A stretch of 43,061 bases of DNA from a virus (lineage: Duplodnaviria; Caudoviricetes): positions 1-43,061 of IMG/VR virus record IMGVR_UViG_3300037722_000838; one strand, written 5' to 3'. Made by a program: the position numbers and the translations under genes. This document shows positions 36,101-43,061 of this stretch, piece after piece. Position 1 is the stretch's first letter, and the number at the start of each line of letters is the position of its first letter. Below the pieces are notes generated by a model that did not search any database, was not told the DNA's origin, and was given only the letters and a program-made list of their open reading frames with translations.

Positions 36101-39100
36101 CAACGTCCCGTTCACCCACCGTTCCGCCTGCTCCCGGAAGTCGGCCTGTTTGAAACCTGGTGATCCTGCCCGGCGTCCTGGGTTTTTCACCCAGTCGTAG
36201 TTGGAGTAGTCGTCGGCGGACCACCCCCCAACATTGCGGCGGTACTGCTGTGCGTAAGGGTTCGGCATCGACTTTGTGAACTTCTGCACAAAGTTCGACT
36301 TCGCAAAGCTCTCCGTCCCCCGGCCCACAGCCGGGATCCCCGCAAGGGTCGCCCTTGTAAACTTGCCGACCTGACCGGTGTCCGCCAGGAACCGCAGAGT
36401 CTCATCCAGGGTCACCTTTCCCGCGGTGACCGGGTTAACTAGAAGGTTCATCGCAAACGCGAACTTCATCCCCCCAACAACCTTCTTGACCCGCTCCCCT
36501 CGCAGCACGTTTGTCACCTTCGCCAACGCGTTCGGGTTCCCGGCGATCTTCTCGTACAAGATCACCTCATACGGAGACGCCGGCAGCAGCACCTTCTGTG
36601 ACCGGTTGAACATCCCCACCGCGTCGAGACCGCGGGACATGTCCACGTCGTCGACAGCGAGCCCCATCCACAACCTGAGGTCCTGGTCGTCGCCTGCCAC
36701 CGACCGTTTCACCCCCGTCACGGCCGACCAGTCCCGCACCGGGATCTCCGGCGCCAACGGGTTTACGTTCTTGGTGACCGGCAGTATCCCCTCACCGAAC
36801 TTCGCTTCGAGCCTCTGGGCGATCTCCTCGTACAACTCAGCGATCACACCCGCCATCTCGTTGCGCGCCGCGTTCGCGACGTCGGCTTCGAGGTATGCCG
36901 CTTTGCCCAACTGCTCATGCGCCACCCGCCGCTTGTCGGCGACCCGACCAAGTTTCACTTGAGCGTCGGCGTACCGCCGCGACATCGTGGCGTGAGTCTG
37001 TTCGAGCTGCTCGCGGACCGCGGCTTTCGCTGCGTCGTCGGCGGTCAGGTTGTCCACCTTGGTCAAAGCGTCCTCGATCGCCGTCAGGTTCTCGCCCACC
37101 GCTTTGAGGTCGTCGGTCCCGGTGATCGCCGTCCTGGTCCCCGCCGACTCCCACAGCGACCGGCGCGCCGACTCTTTCATCGCCTGGTTCGCTCCCTGCA
37201 ACGCCAACTCATCACCTGCCGACGACACACGGCGCACCGCGTCAAGAAAGAACCTGGTGTAAGTGTCGGCGTCGCGGGGGAAGAATTGGGTGAGCATGTC
37301 GGCGAAAACGTCGAGGGACTGGTTCTCACCGAGCCTGACAGTCCGTCCGACGCTGAACTTGGTGAGCATTTGCATCAGCGGCCCGAGGTGCTCGTCGGAG
37401 ATTTTGCCACCGGCGATCGACTCGAGCATCCGACCTACCCCTTCGACGGTGGAGTGGCGTTGGGCTCGCATCGGTCCTTCACCGAGGTAGTCTTTGCCCA
37501 TCCCCCGGATCAGCACATCCTCGATCTGTTCTCTCGTCGCGTTCGGATCCATTGCAAGGTTGACCAGGTCGATCATGTCGATGTTGTCTAGGCCCGACAT
37601 TGATGACGCTACTTTGACTCCACGCGGATTGACGTAGCCACCGGAGAGCGCCGGGTACTCGTCGCCGATCCGGAACCCGAGACGTTCGGCCACCTCCGCG
37701 GCATCGCGACCGATGTATTCCTCGAGTCCGATGTAAGACCGGAACCCGCTCTCCATAGCGTCGGGGACCACCGCTTTCCCGTAACCGTTCTCGCGCATCC
37801 ACTGAGCGGTCGCCTCGAACCGGTCCTCATGTGCCTCCCAGTTCTCAAGGACGAACCCCCGTTTGGTCGCACGTGGCTGCTTCACCCCTTCGGGTGTGAA
37901 CACCCGGTAGTACGTCCCCTCATCGACCCGCTGCACCAGCCGGTCCGCTTGCAACGCATCGAGCAACCCGGCCGGCAGATCGCCAGGGTCGATGAACCCG
38001 CTGAGGTCTAACTCTCTGCCGAACACCGCCTGCACCCGCACCTGCGGCGCCCGGTCCGGTCGAAGTTGACGGACCCCTATCTCGTCCAACCCCCAATTGG
38101 TTGACTCCACAACCTCTTTCAGATGCTCGCCCGACCGAATCAGAATCGGGCCGTCCTCAATCTCCAAGAACAGGGACGCCTCCGGGTCGACCAGTCGGTC
38201 GTAATCCTCGACAGTCAAGTCCTCGAGATCGACGTTCCGTCCCAACAATTCATCGAGGCTTGAGGAAGGTGAACCGGCATCGGCGAAGGCTGACGCCACC
38301 GCCGGGTCGTCACTGAAATAGAACTTGCCGCCCTGCCCGGCCCGTTGACCGCCGGTCGTCCGACCTCGGAACCCAGCCTGCGAAGCGTCGAACACATCGA
38401 ACGTCTGCGAGGTGCCGTGGTAGAGAACCTTGCCCGTTTCGGCTAGTTCGTCCACCGTCCCGAAAGGCACCGGGCTCTGAGCCAGCGCCTTCTCTAGTGG
38501 CGGAGACGTCACGCCTTTGATGACGCCCTCAGCAATATCCTCTAGGTTCGACTTCCCCACGATTGCTTTTATCGCGCTGGGATAGGAACCCATCCTCATG
38601 TACACCCTGGCGTACTTCGGGTTAGTCAACGCCTTCCGGGCTACCGCCCTCATCCCCTTCGCACCAGGAAAAACGAAGTTGAACGGGTCGAACAACCCGC
38701 CAACCACCAGGTTCGCCGCGTCCGCCGCTCCGCCCTCCAACCCGAAGTACTCAGCGGCGGTCATCACGTTCACGCCGAGCACCTGCTCACGGTGGGCATC
38801 GGTTTCGCCCGGCGCCTCGAAAACCTGTTGGAGCCGGGTGAACCCTTCCTCCCAGTCTCCGCCGACGAACTCACCTCCAGCACCGAAGATGTCCTTCCAC
38901 GCGTCGATGGCGGCGACCCCGAGCGTCTGGCTGAACATGTCCCACGCCTCAAACACCTCAAGCGTCTTCCCCAGTCCGGTTTCGACAGCCTCCCCCAGCG
39001 CCGAGCGCCCCTCCGCCTCGGCTTCGAGCTCGGTGAGAATCTCCTCCGACGTCATCGCCCGGAAATCGGTCAGCATCTCCTCGCGGTTCTCGTCAACAAT

Positions 39101-40279
39101 CTCCGCGGCCAGCTCAAGCGCCGTCGCCGAGTCCAACTCCCCTTCGGCGTCGCCCATCATCGCCCGAGCGATCGAAGCAATGATCATGCCCTCGGGAAGC
39201 GGGATCACCGACGCCAACCGGACCGACTCCTCGGTGATCTCCCCCTTCTCATCTCGGATCCGGTTCGCCCGCCTCTCCTCGATGTCCTCAACATCCTGCT
39301 GGGTCAACCCTCCCCACAGAGCATCGATACTGGTCCGCGCCGTCGGGTTGTTCTCCAAGAAACTGCCGATCGAATGCGCGGTGTCCATGATCGCTTGAAC
39401 CGCGCCACGACCATGCTCCGGTGTGAGTTGGCCGCCAGCAACCCGCCCGTCGGCCTGAGCGGACACCACTTCGGCCATCACATCGAGATGGTTCTTCGGG
39501 TCGAACCCCGCCCTGGCTTCAATCCCGATCGTCTCCTCCCTGTCACCCTCACCGATCGTCACCGCGAGAATCCCCGACGACGGGGAAAACGACCACGCAC
39601 CCGGTACATCGAACAGGTTCTCGAATGTCTGCGCTCGCGTCAGCCCGCCACCGACCGCCTCACCGCCAGCCCGACGACGGTCGCCTTCAATCCCCAGGTC
39701 CGGAGCGTCGGGAAGGTCCATGTCCGCCAGCTCCATCGCAGCCGATCCGGTCAGCGCCTCGAACGTCCCCGACATCGCATCCGCCTGCTCAAGTTCGAGC
39801 TGGTGTGCGAGTTCGGTCGCACCCACCTCCCAAGCCACCTCCGCCACCGCGTCGAACACGTCACCGAACTGGCTGACAGGCTCACCCCGCATGATCTTCT
39901 CCGCGATCTCAATGTCGGTGAGAGCGAACAACGCGTTGACGTCTGAGTTGAGAGCACCTGTTAGAGCAGGGTCACCGGCGGTCATCTCCAGGAAGCGGTC
40001 GGCGATCGGGTCGACCACACTCGAAAAGTCCATTCCCGGAATCCGGTTCCCCAAATGGAGGGCGACCGCCGCCTGGACCGTCTGACGCTGCTTCGAGAAT
40101 TCGAGGGCGCTCTCACCGATCACCGCAGCCCGACCCGCAGCGTCAGCGGCCACACTCTGTTTCACCGCCGGTTTCGACATCGCTTTAACGCCCGTCACAG
40201 GCGCAGTCCCCAACGCTTTGTCAGGGTCGTAGGCGGCTGGGTCGGTGTAGAACTTCCGGTCGGCGGGATCGATCGGCAC
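33125..40279 (-). CDS. Giant polyvalent internal virion/ejection protein with ART-like and C-terminal SNase-like domains
   Basis: 2384 aa; LYHGTSQTFDVFD...GKFYFSDDPAVASAFA...ENGYG (ART-PolyVal-like); VIDGDTV...RVRFVGLNAPE...RRLLAWLYIDG (thermonuclease-like). Confidence 0.8.
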   Translation of the reverse strand: MPIDPADRKFYTDPAAYDPDKALGTAPVTGVKAMSKPAVKQSVAADAAGRAAVIGESALEFSKQRQTVQAAVALHLGNRIPGMDFSSVVDPIADRFLEMTAGDPALTGALNSDVNALFALTDIEIAEKIMRGEPVSQFGDVFDAVAEVAWEVGATELAHQLELEQADAMSGTFEALTGSAAMELADMDLPDAPDLGIEGDRRRAGGEAVGGGLTRAQTFENLFDVPGAWSFSPSSGILAVTIGEGDREETIGIEARAGFDPKNHLDVMAEVVSAQADGRVAGGQLTPEHGRGAVQAIMDTAHSIGSFLENNPTARTSIDALWGGLTQQDVEDIEERRANRIRDEKGEITEESVRLASVIPLPEGMIIASIARAMMGDAEGELDSATALELAAEIVDENREEMLTDFRAMTSEEILTELEAEAEGRSALGEAVETGLGKTLEVFEAWDMFSQTLGVAAIDAWKDIFGAGGEFVGGDWEEGFTRLQQVFEAPGETDAHREQVLGVNVMTAAEYFGLEGGAADAANLVVGGLFDPFNFVFPGAKGMRAVARKALTNPKYARVYMRMGSYPSAIKAIVGKSNLEDIAEGVIKGVTSPPLEKALAQSPVPFGTVDELAETGKVLYHGTSQTFDVFDASQAGFRGRTTGGQRAGQGGKFYFSDDPAVASAFADAGSPSSSLDELLGRNVDLEDLTVEDYDRLVDPEASLFLEIEDGPILIRSGEHLKEVVESTNWGLDEIGVRQLRPDRAPQVRVQAVFGRELDLSGFIDPGDLPAGLLDALQADRLVQRVDEGTYYRVFTPEGVKQPRATKRGFVLENWEAHEDRFEATAQWMRENGYGKAVVPDAMESGFRSYIGLEEYIGRDAAEVAERLGFRIGDEYPALSGGYVNPRGVKVASSMSGLDNIDMIDLVNLAMDPNATREQIEDVLIRGMGKDYLGEGPMRAQRHSTVEGVGRMLESIAGGKISDEHLGPLMQMLTKFSVGRTVRLGENQSLDVFADMLTQFFPRDADTYTRFFLDAVRRVSSAGDELALQGANQAMKESARRSLWESAGTRTAITGTDDLKAVGENLTAIEDALTKVDNLTADDAAKAAVREQLEQTHATMSRRYADAQVKLGRVADKRRVAHEQLGKAAYLEADVANAARNEMAGVIAELYEEIAQRLEAKFGEGILPVTKNVNPLAPEIPVRDWSAVTGVKRSVAGDDQDLRLWMGLAVDDVDMSRGLDAVGMFNRSQKVLLPASPYEVILYEKIAGNPNALAKVTNVLRGERVKKVVGGMKFAFAMNLLVNPVTAGKVTLDETLRFLADTGQVGKFTRATLAGIPAVGRGTESFAKSNFVQKFTKSMPNPYAQQYRRNVGGWSADDYSNYDWVKNPGRRAGSPGFKQADFREQAERWVNGTLLQDTRFREYARWIDEAQILEDGTKIAPQGFIDWWDNGAGTGRPGKAEARQTKVTIRESVKMGTELTANEAFGIIDNAFEHWIELLVKPNQRNAMRRALRKAATSEGGRLDVVKDASLLNAIEQVPGLSGKTGPGTSIFNTFFGAPSGRRAGVFFEHYFDEAMDILRTRHGSKVLTAETVADYAKKPIEEAQFMLKQGMDNQTVSHLVRQTGAKLESQIQARAAAYAERRADDLMYRFTASSLAGRGVEAGLMFPFARAQMDFLSWWSDHLTKPMTLRIPLEARAKFPRINQALSQTVERIPINARAFGKFSHLVAGVNNEHDSFLDQTIDNLTFFPFHFDQEFLLDVSPQFGALPSWMFDLMVDKGMFDDETIDAFETLFPALGFTEVGEGGVLEEMFDRVIPTSRRSLRDLAGSASRLGYTFFGEDVHTDTGLGASLTNIVLDGKVPSATGDFQVSMISDFFKEDLDGEASIWALVPGSDEFNQRIGEIAVKGAIEANRQEWNQDLRDRVFPLTGYDAEYRALRAYEGLFDEEVFASMSSAGIFQQNDLLDVEGQPRIKAIWDSYLEGTAAPDDLEFLRDRLTTAYFEAGRREVYPGFSFMDYLHLIHPEIAVNLIGKTEDSGIPVRSDDHAEFKNTYISALTGRTQNVPPGPEGSELMSDARKNGWIVSRPVEEWAFDAAAAVYKSGARAVHGVWEWISYKPWSGRISESLAAKSFVLGENEAKVLAAAGMDLTAGTELTYGEFHSLIGDFDERFKVAQPVLLNTLQNGAVHGQLAKHGDAFGTGLLDDLGEADKYFQDQGIESMEDWPEETLAEIRSRFTEAINLGYTTLADYRQEIEPIFGPIDYTPPVPPPVADLESGIQVAGDDLNDLAVIDGDTVSILLEDGPMRVRFVGLNAPEVTQPGYSEAREQLARVVAGAEEITLGIYRPELFGLTQLSAPGERRLLAWLYIDGVPIWDPSVFSADNPRGAGTGGRVLDLEAILAEGQS

Positions 40280-40282
40280 CGA

Positions 40283-40636
40283 TCACCCTCTTGTCTGTGT
40301 CAGCCGGCTGAGCACCGCCTGAGCGAACGACGACTGAGCCGAAGCCGCCAGCGCCGACATCACCGAATCAGGTTCCGACGCCGCCGGGCTCCCGGCCTGT
40401 TCGGTGCCGATGAACGGGAAATCCGCCGGCGACCGGTCACGCAGCAAGTCGAGGCCTGACATGGGCGCACCCTGCTGCTGTGGTTGTGGTGCCCGACCGC
40501 CCGGCGGGGCCATGGGGGGCGAGACCCCGCCGGGAGAGGTCGATGTCGGGAGACCTGCTTGCTGCATCGCAGCGACGTTCTCCTGGCGATTGCCATAAGG
40601 AGCGTCGTTAGGCACGAGGTCCTGGCTGGTTGCCAT
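40283..40636 (-). CDS. Pro/Gln-rich small virion protein
   Basis: PYGNRQENVAAMQQAGLP; low-complexity protein of the kind often found after podovirus portals. Confidence 0.7.
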   Translation of the reverse strand: MATSQDLVPNDAPYGNRQENVAAMQQAGLPTSTSPGGVSPPMAPPGGRAPQPQQQGAPMSGLDLLRDRSPADFPFIGTEQAGSPAASEPDSVMSALAASAQSSFAQAVLSRLTQTRG

Positions 40637-40747
40637 CTACGCCGCCTTCCGGATCGTCGGTGCAACCTTGTGGTTCGTCGCCGAGCAGATGAAACCCCAC
40701 GGAGTCCAGAGCGCCGCCCGCCTGTGCTTGTAACACCATGCGATCAT
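40637..40747 (-). CDS. 36-aa Cys/His mini-protein (not in ORF track)
   Basis: MIAWCYKHRRAALWTPWGFICSATNHKVAPTIRKAA; SD AAGGAG; ATGA coupling. Confidence 0.55.
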   Translation of the reverse strand: MIAWCYKHRRAALWTPWGFICSATNHKVAPTIRKAA

Positions 40748-40944
40748 TGCCACGTCTCCTTGAGGAATCTCAGCCGATACCAGTGGCGGAGCCGGGAATG
40801 CCGCCCGCCGTACCCGCAGTCACATCCCGGTGACCCATAGAAGGTCAGCGGGTACGGGCCAAGGAAGTCGCCCGTCTCGTACTGGAGACCCTCGAAACCC
40901 GATGTTTCGATTCGAGTGTCTGTCCCGTCGGTCGTGCCATTCAT
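40744..40944 (-). CDS. 66-aa hypothetical protein
   Basis: MNGTTDGTDTRIET...CDCGYGGRH; ATGA coupling with SD GGGAGG. Confidence 0.55.
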   Translation of the reverse strand: MNGTTDGTDTRIETSGFEGLQYETGDFLGPYPLTFYGSPGCDCGYGGRHSRLRHWYRLRFLKETWQ

Positions 40945-41105
40945 GTCGCGGTCCCTCCCAGCGCGTTGCGGAACAGAATCCAACGCCCACTGCGCGTGGC
41001 TACCTCAAGGTCGGACAGCATCTGAAATCCATGACCGACAGGACATTCCCACCCACGCAGGGCCGGGTTGTAGACCGCTTCCTGTTTGCATGTGCCACAC
41101 CTCAC
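40941..41105 (-). CDS. 54-aa Zn-ribbon mini-protein (not in ORF track)
   Basis: MRCGTCKQEAVYNPALRGWECPVGHGFQMLSDLEVATRSGRWILFRNALGGTAT; GTGA overlap with the portal stop. Confidence 0.6.
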   Translation of the reverse strand: MRCGTCKQEAVYNPALRGWECPVGHGFQMLSDLEVATRSGRWILFRNALGGTAT

Positions 41106-41125
41106 GTCGCGGTCCCTCCCGGCGC
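40941..41125. repeat. 24-bp direct repeat (22/24) flanking the Zn-ribbon mini-gene
   Basis: TCAyGTCGCGGTCCCTCCCrGCGC at 40941-40964 and 41102-41125. Confidence 0.85.
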
Positions 41126-42985
41126 CACCTCAGCGAGCGCCCTCGAATTCTCCGAACCCAACGCCTGACGCAACCCACCAGTCGCCACCGGCTGAGCCCC
41201 ACCAGTCCCAGGCTGACCCTCAGCGTTGCCCGGGATCCCACCCGAACCCAACGACTGCATCATCCGCATGATGTCCGCCCGGCCACCAGCGCCCAACCCA
41301 CCAGGGCTCGCACCCTCCGCCGGCGGAATGTTGGTGGCTCGGATCGTCTCGAACACCGCCTCGCGGACCGTCATCTTGTCGGTGTCGATCTTGTCGATGA
41401 AGTCAACGATCGCCTGCTTGTTCCCCGCCTGCACTTCCTGAGGCAACATCACATCGGTGAACAGAGTGATCAGCTTCTCGATCACCAACTCCGTCTCCAT
41501 CGCCAACGGATCGTCAATCCCCATCTTCTCCATGAACTCGCGGAGCGACATCGCCCCCAGGTTCCGCATCGTCGACGCCCGGATCAGATGCTGCTGCTCG
41601 TCGAGGCCGGTCCGGTCCCCATACGTCACCCGCACCCGCCAGTCACCCTTGAAAAGCTTCGCCGGGTCGTAAGACTCATCCACCAGGTTCGAATGCTTAT
41701 CCAGAAGCCAGATCTGTTTCTGGCCGGCGCACCGACGTTCATCCAACGCCGCCGTCGCCGACAACAGATCAGCGATCAGGATCTCGGAGTCGAACTGGGC
41801 GGCGGCGAGCTCAGCGTTGAAAGAGCCCATCAGCGCCGTCGTCCCCTTCGCCGACACGATCGAAGCTCCCGCCTCACCGGACCGCTGCGCCGGTTCGAAC
41901 GCCTGACGCCGGGTCTGTTCCATGATCGAAGAAACGGTCTGCTGCGCCTCGAAGTTCACCGGCGGCCTGCTCTGTTCCACCTTGGCGGCCCCCTGGCCGT
42001 CGCCGATCAGGATCGCACCCGGCCCGTACTCCTCGATGTTCTGAATGTTGTCCGCGACCGTCGGCGCGTAAATCGACATCTCCAGGTCGTCGAGAAGTCT
42101 CGCCATGAAGTTCTGGGCGACCCGAAGCTGTGGGATGATGTCGAACAGCGCCCCCCGCGGCTGGTCGTTGACCGTGGTCCGGGTGATCGCTTTCAGCGGA
42201 CACTGATCCAATCCGTGACGCTCCGGTCCTGCAAGCCACGAAATGATCGTCGACCCTTCACCGATTTTGGGACCGAACGGCTGACCCTGATAGTTGTAAG
42301 GGATCGACGCGTCACCAATCGACACTCCCCACTGGGTTCCGTCGAAGTACCAGATCTCCTCGAGCCACGTCAACGGCGTATCCGACATCGCCGCCTTCAC
42401 CTGAGCCCCGATCAACGCCGGGTGGTTCTCACCCCAGTCCGCTCTGAGGTCCGCGACCCGTTTCTGTCGCATCACCAGCCCTGCGGTCAGCCGGCCCCGG
42501 TTGTCCCACCCCAACGGGAACACAGCCCTCGGGTCTTGGAGTTGGAAGTAGGCGAACCGTTCCGCCGACGGCAACATCACACCCGAGAATCCGGTCGCCC
42601 AAGGGTTCCCCGCGGCCAGCCCGGCGTGGTAGTAGTCCCGGTAGATTTTGCGGAGGTTGCGGCGGAAGTCGGACCTCTCCAAATACGAAAGGTTGACCCG
42701 CTGACGTTTCGCCGCGTTCGACTCACCCTGATCCTTCCTGGTGCCCCTCGTCGGCTGAGTCAGCACCTGAGGGATGATCGTCGACGCCGTCAGAGTCTTG
42801 TCCTCGAGCGCTTCTGCGTAGAGGTTCTCGATCAGCGGTTTGGAATGCTCCACTGAGGCGTCGGGCCAGAGGATTTCCCACTCCCCACCTTCGATCGCAT
42901 CAGCGAGGACCAGCTCCCCCTTCCACCTCGAGTGCGCTTGGATCGCCTCGGAACGCAACTGACGGATGTCGGTCTCGGTGATCAC
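41102..42985 (-). CDS. Portal protein
   Basis: 627 aa, directly after terminase across the circular junction; P22/T7-like size with a low-complexity tail. Confidence 0.85.
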   Translation of the reverse strand: MITETDIRQLRSEAIQAHSRWKGELVLADAIEGGEWEILWPDASVEHSKPLIENLYAEALEDKTLTASTIIPQVLTQPTRGTRKDQGESNAAKRQRVNLSYLERSDFRRNLRKIYRDYYHAGLAAGNPWATGFSGVMLPSAERFAYFQLQDPRAVFPLGWDNRGRLTAGLVMRQKRVADLRADWGENHPALIGAQVKAAMSDTPLTWLEEIWYFDGTQWGVSIGDASIPYNYQGQPFGPKIGEGSTIISWLAGPERHGLDQCPLKAITRTTVNDQPRGALFDIIPQLRVAQNFMARLLDDLEMSIYAPTVADNIQNIEEYGPGAILIGDGQGAAKVEQSRPPVNFEAQQTVSSIMEQTRRQAFEPAQRSGEAGASIVSAKGTTALMGSFNAELAAAQFDSEILIADLLSATAALDERRCAGQKQIWLLDKHSNLVDESYDPAKLFKGDWRVRVTYGDRTGLDEQQHLIRASTMRNLGAMSLREFMEKMGIDDPLAMETELVIEKLITLFTDVMLPQEVQAGNKQAIVDFIDKIDTDKMTVREAVFETIRATNIPPAEGASPGGLGAGGRADIMRMMQSLGSGGIPGNAEGQPGTGGAQPVATGGLRQALGSENSRALAEVAPGGTAT

Positions 42986-43061
42986 AGTGCCGCAGTCTAC
43001 GTCTTAATGTCTAAGACGTTGTCGTTTCTCAGTCCTCCCCGATGAAAGATTTGATCATGTC
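42935..43061. repeat. Terminal direct repeat (circular assembly overlap), copy 2
   Basis: Identical to 1-127; joins the terminase 3' end to the portal 5' end. Confidence 0.95.
42994..43019 (-). promoter_or_regulatory. Leaderless portal promoter with palindromic operator/hairpin
   Basis: ACGTCTTA-N5-TAAGACGT palindrome abutting a TAGACT -10 box 8 nt upstream of GTG 42985 (same sequence at 60-85). Confidence 0.55.

Larger units (their letters stand above)
1..42934. mobile_element. Complete temperate phage genome, probable podovirus of an actinobacterial host
   Basis: Terminase, portal, scaffold, capsid, tail, lysis, integrase/repressor and RecET modules are all present; the ends circularise. 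Confidence 0.93.

Noticed and set aside
40916-42856. 646-aa plus-strand ORF (likewise 20703-22139, 34814-36163, 38792-39946)
   Set aside because: Antisense shadows of real minus-strand genes.
1-43061. CRISPR array, DGR/retron, introns/inteins, DNA polymerase, stop-codon recoding
   Set aside because: No repeat-spacer array, reverse transcriptase, split core gene or polymerase motifs seen; genes tile normally under code 11.

Overview
The window is a complete, circularly assembled temperate bacteriophage genome. Its unit length is 42,934 bp, because bases 1-127 repeat exactly at 42935-43061. It is GC-rich. Several leaderless TAnnnT-N7-9-start genes, an LPxTG protein and Thr-rich secreted proteins point to an Actinomycetota host (possibly Acidimicrobiia; inference). 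The minus-strand late arm runs: dead HNH, HTH-fused terminase, portal, a 2384-aa ejection protein with ADP-ribosyltransferase-like and SNase-like domains, two more internal virion proteins, fibre/adhesin genes, scaffold, major capsid, two paralogous decoration-like proteins, tail tube A/B-like proteins, a chaperone-bearing tail fibre, and lysis genes. There is no tape measure or sheath, so a podovirus is likely. The lysogeny module has a small tyrosine integrase, an XRE repressor ending in -AA with a candidate attP in its 3' end, and a divergent Cro-like gene. The plus-strand early arm holds many small genes plus YqaJ/RecT, VRR-NUC, HNH and an AAA helicase. The most notable unexplained features are: (i) an antisense cassette with its own promoter, a three-way-junction RNA leader able to pair with its own RBS, and a 69-aa LPxTG sortase-substrate mini-protein; (ii) the polyvalent ejection protein; (iii) mini-genes flanked by duplicated gene junctions; (iv) a peptide gene nested inside an early gene. 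All calls come from reading motifs by eye; no searches were run.
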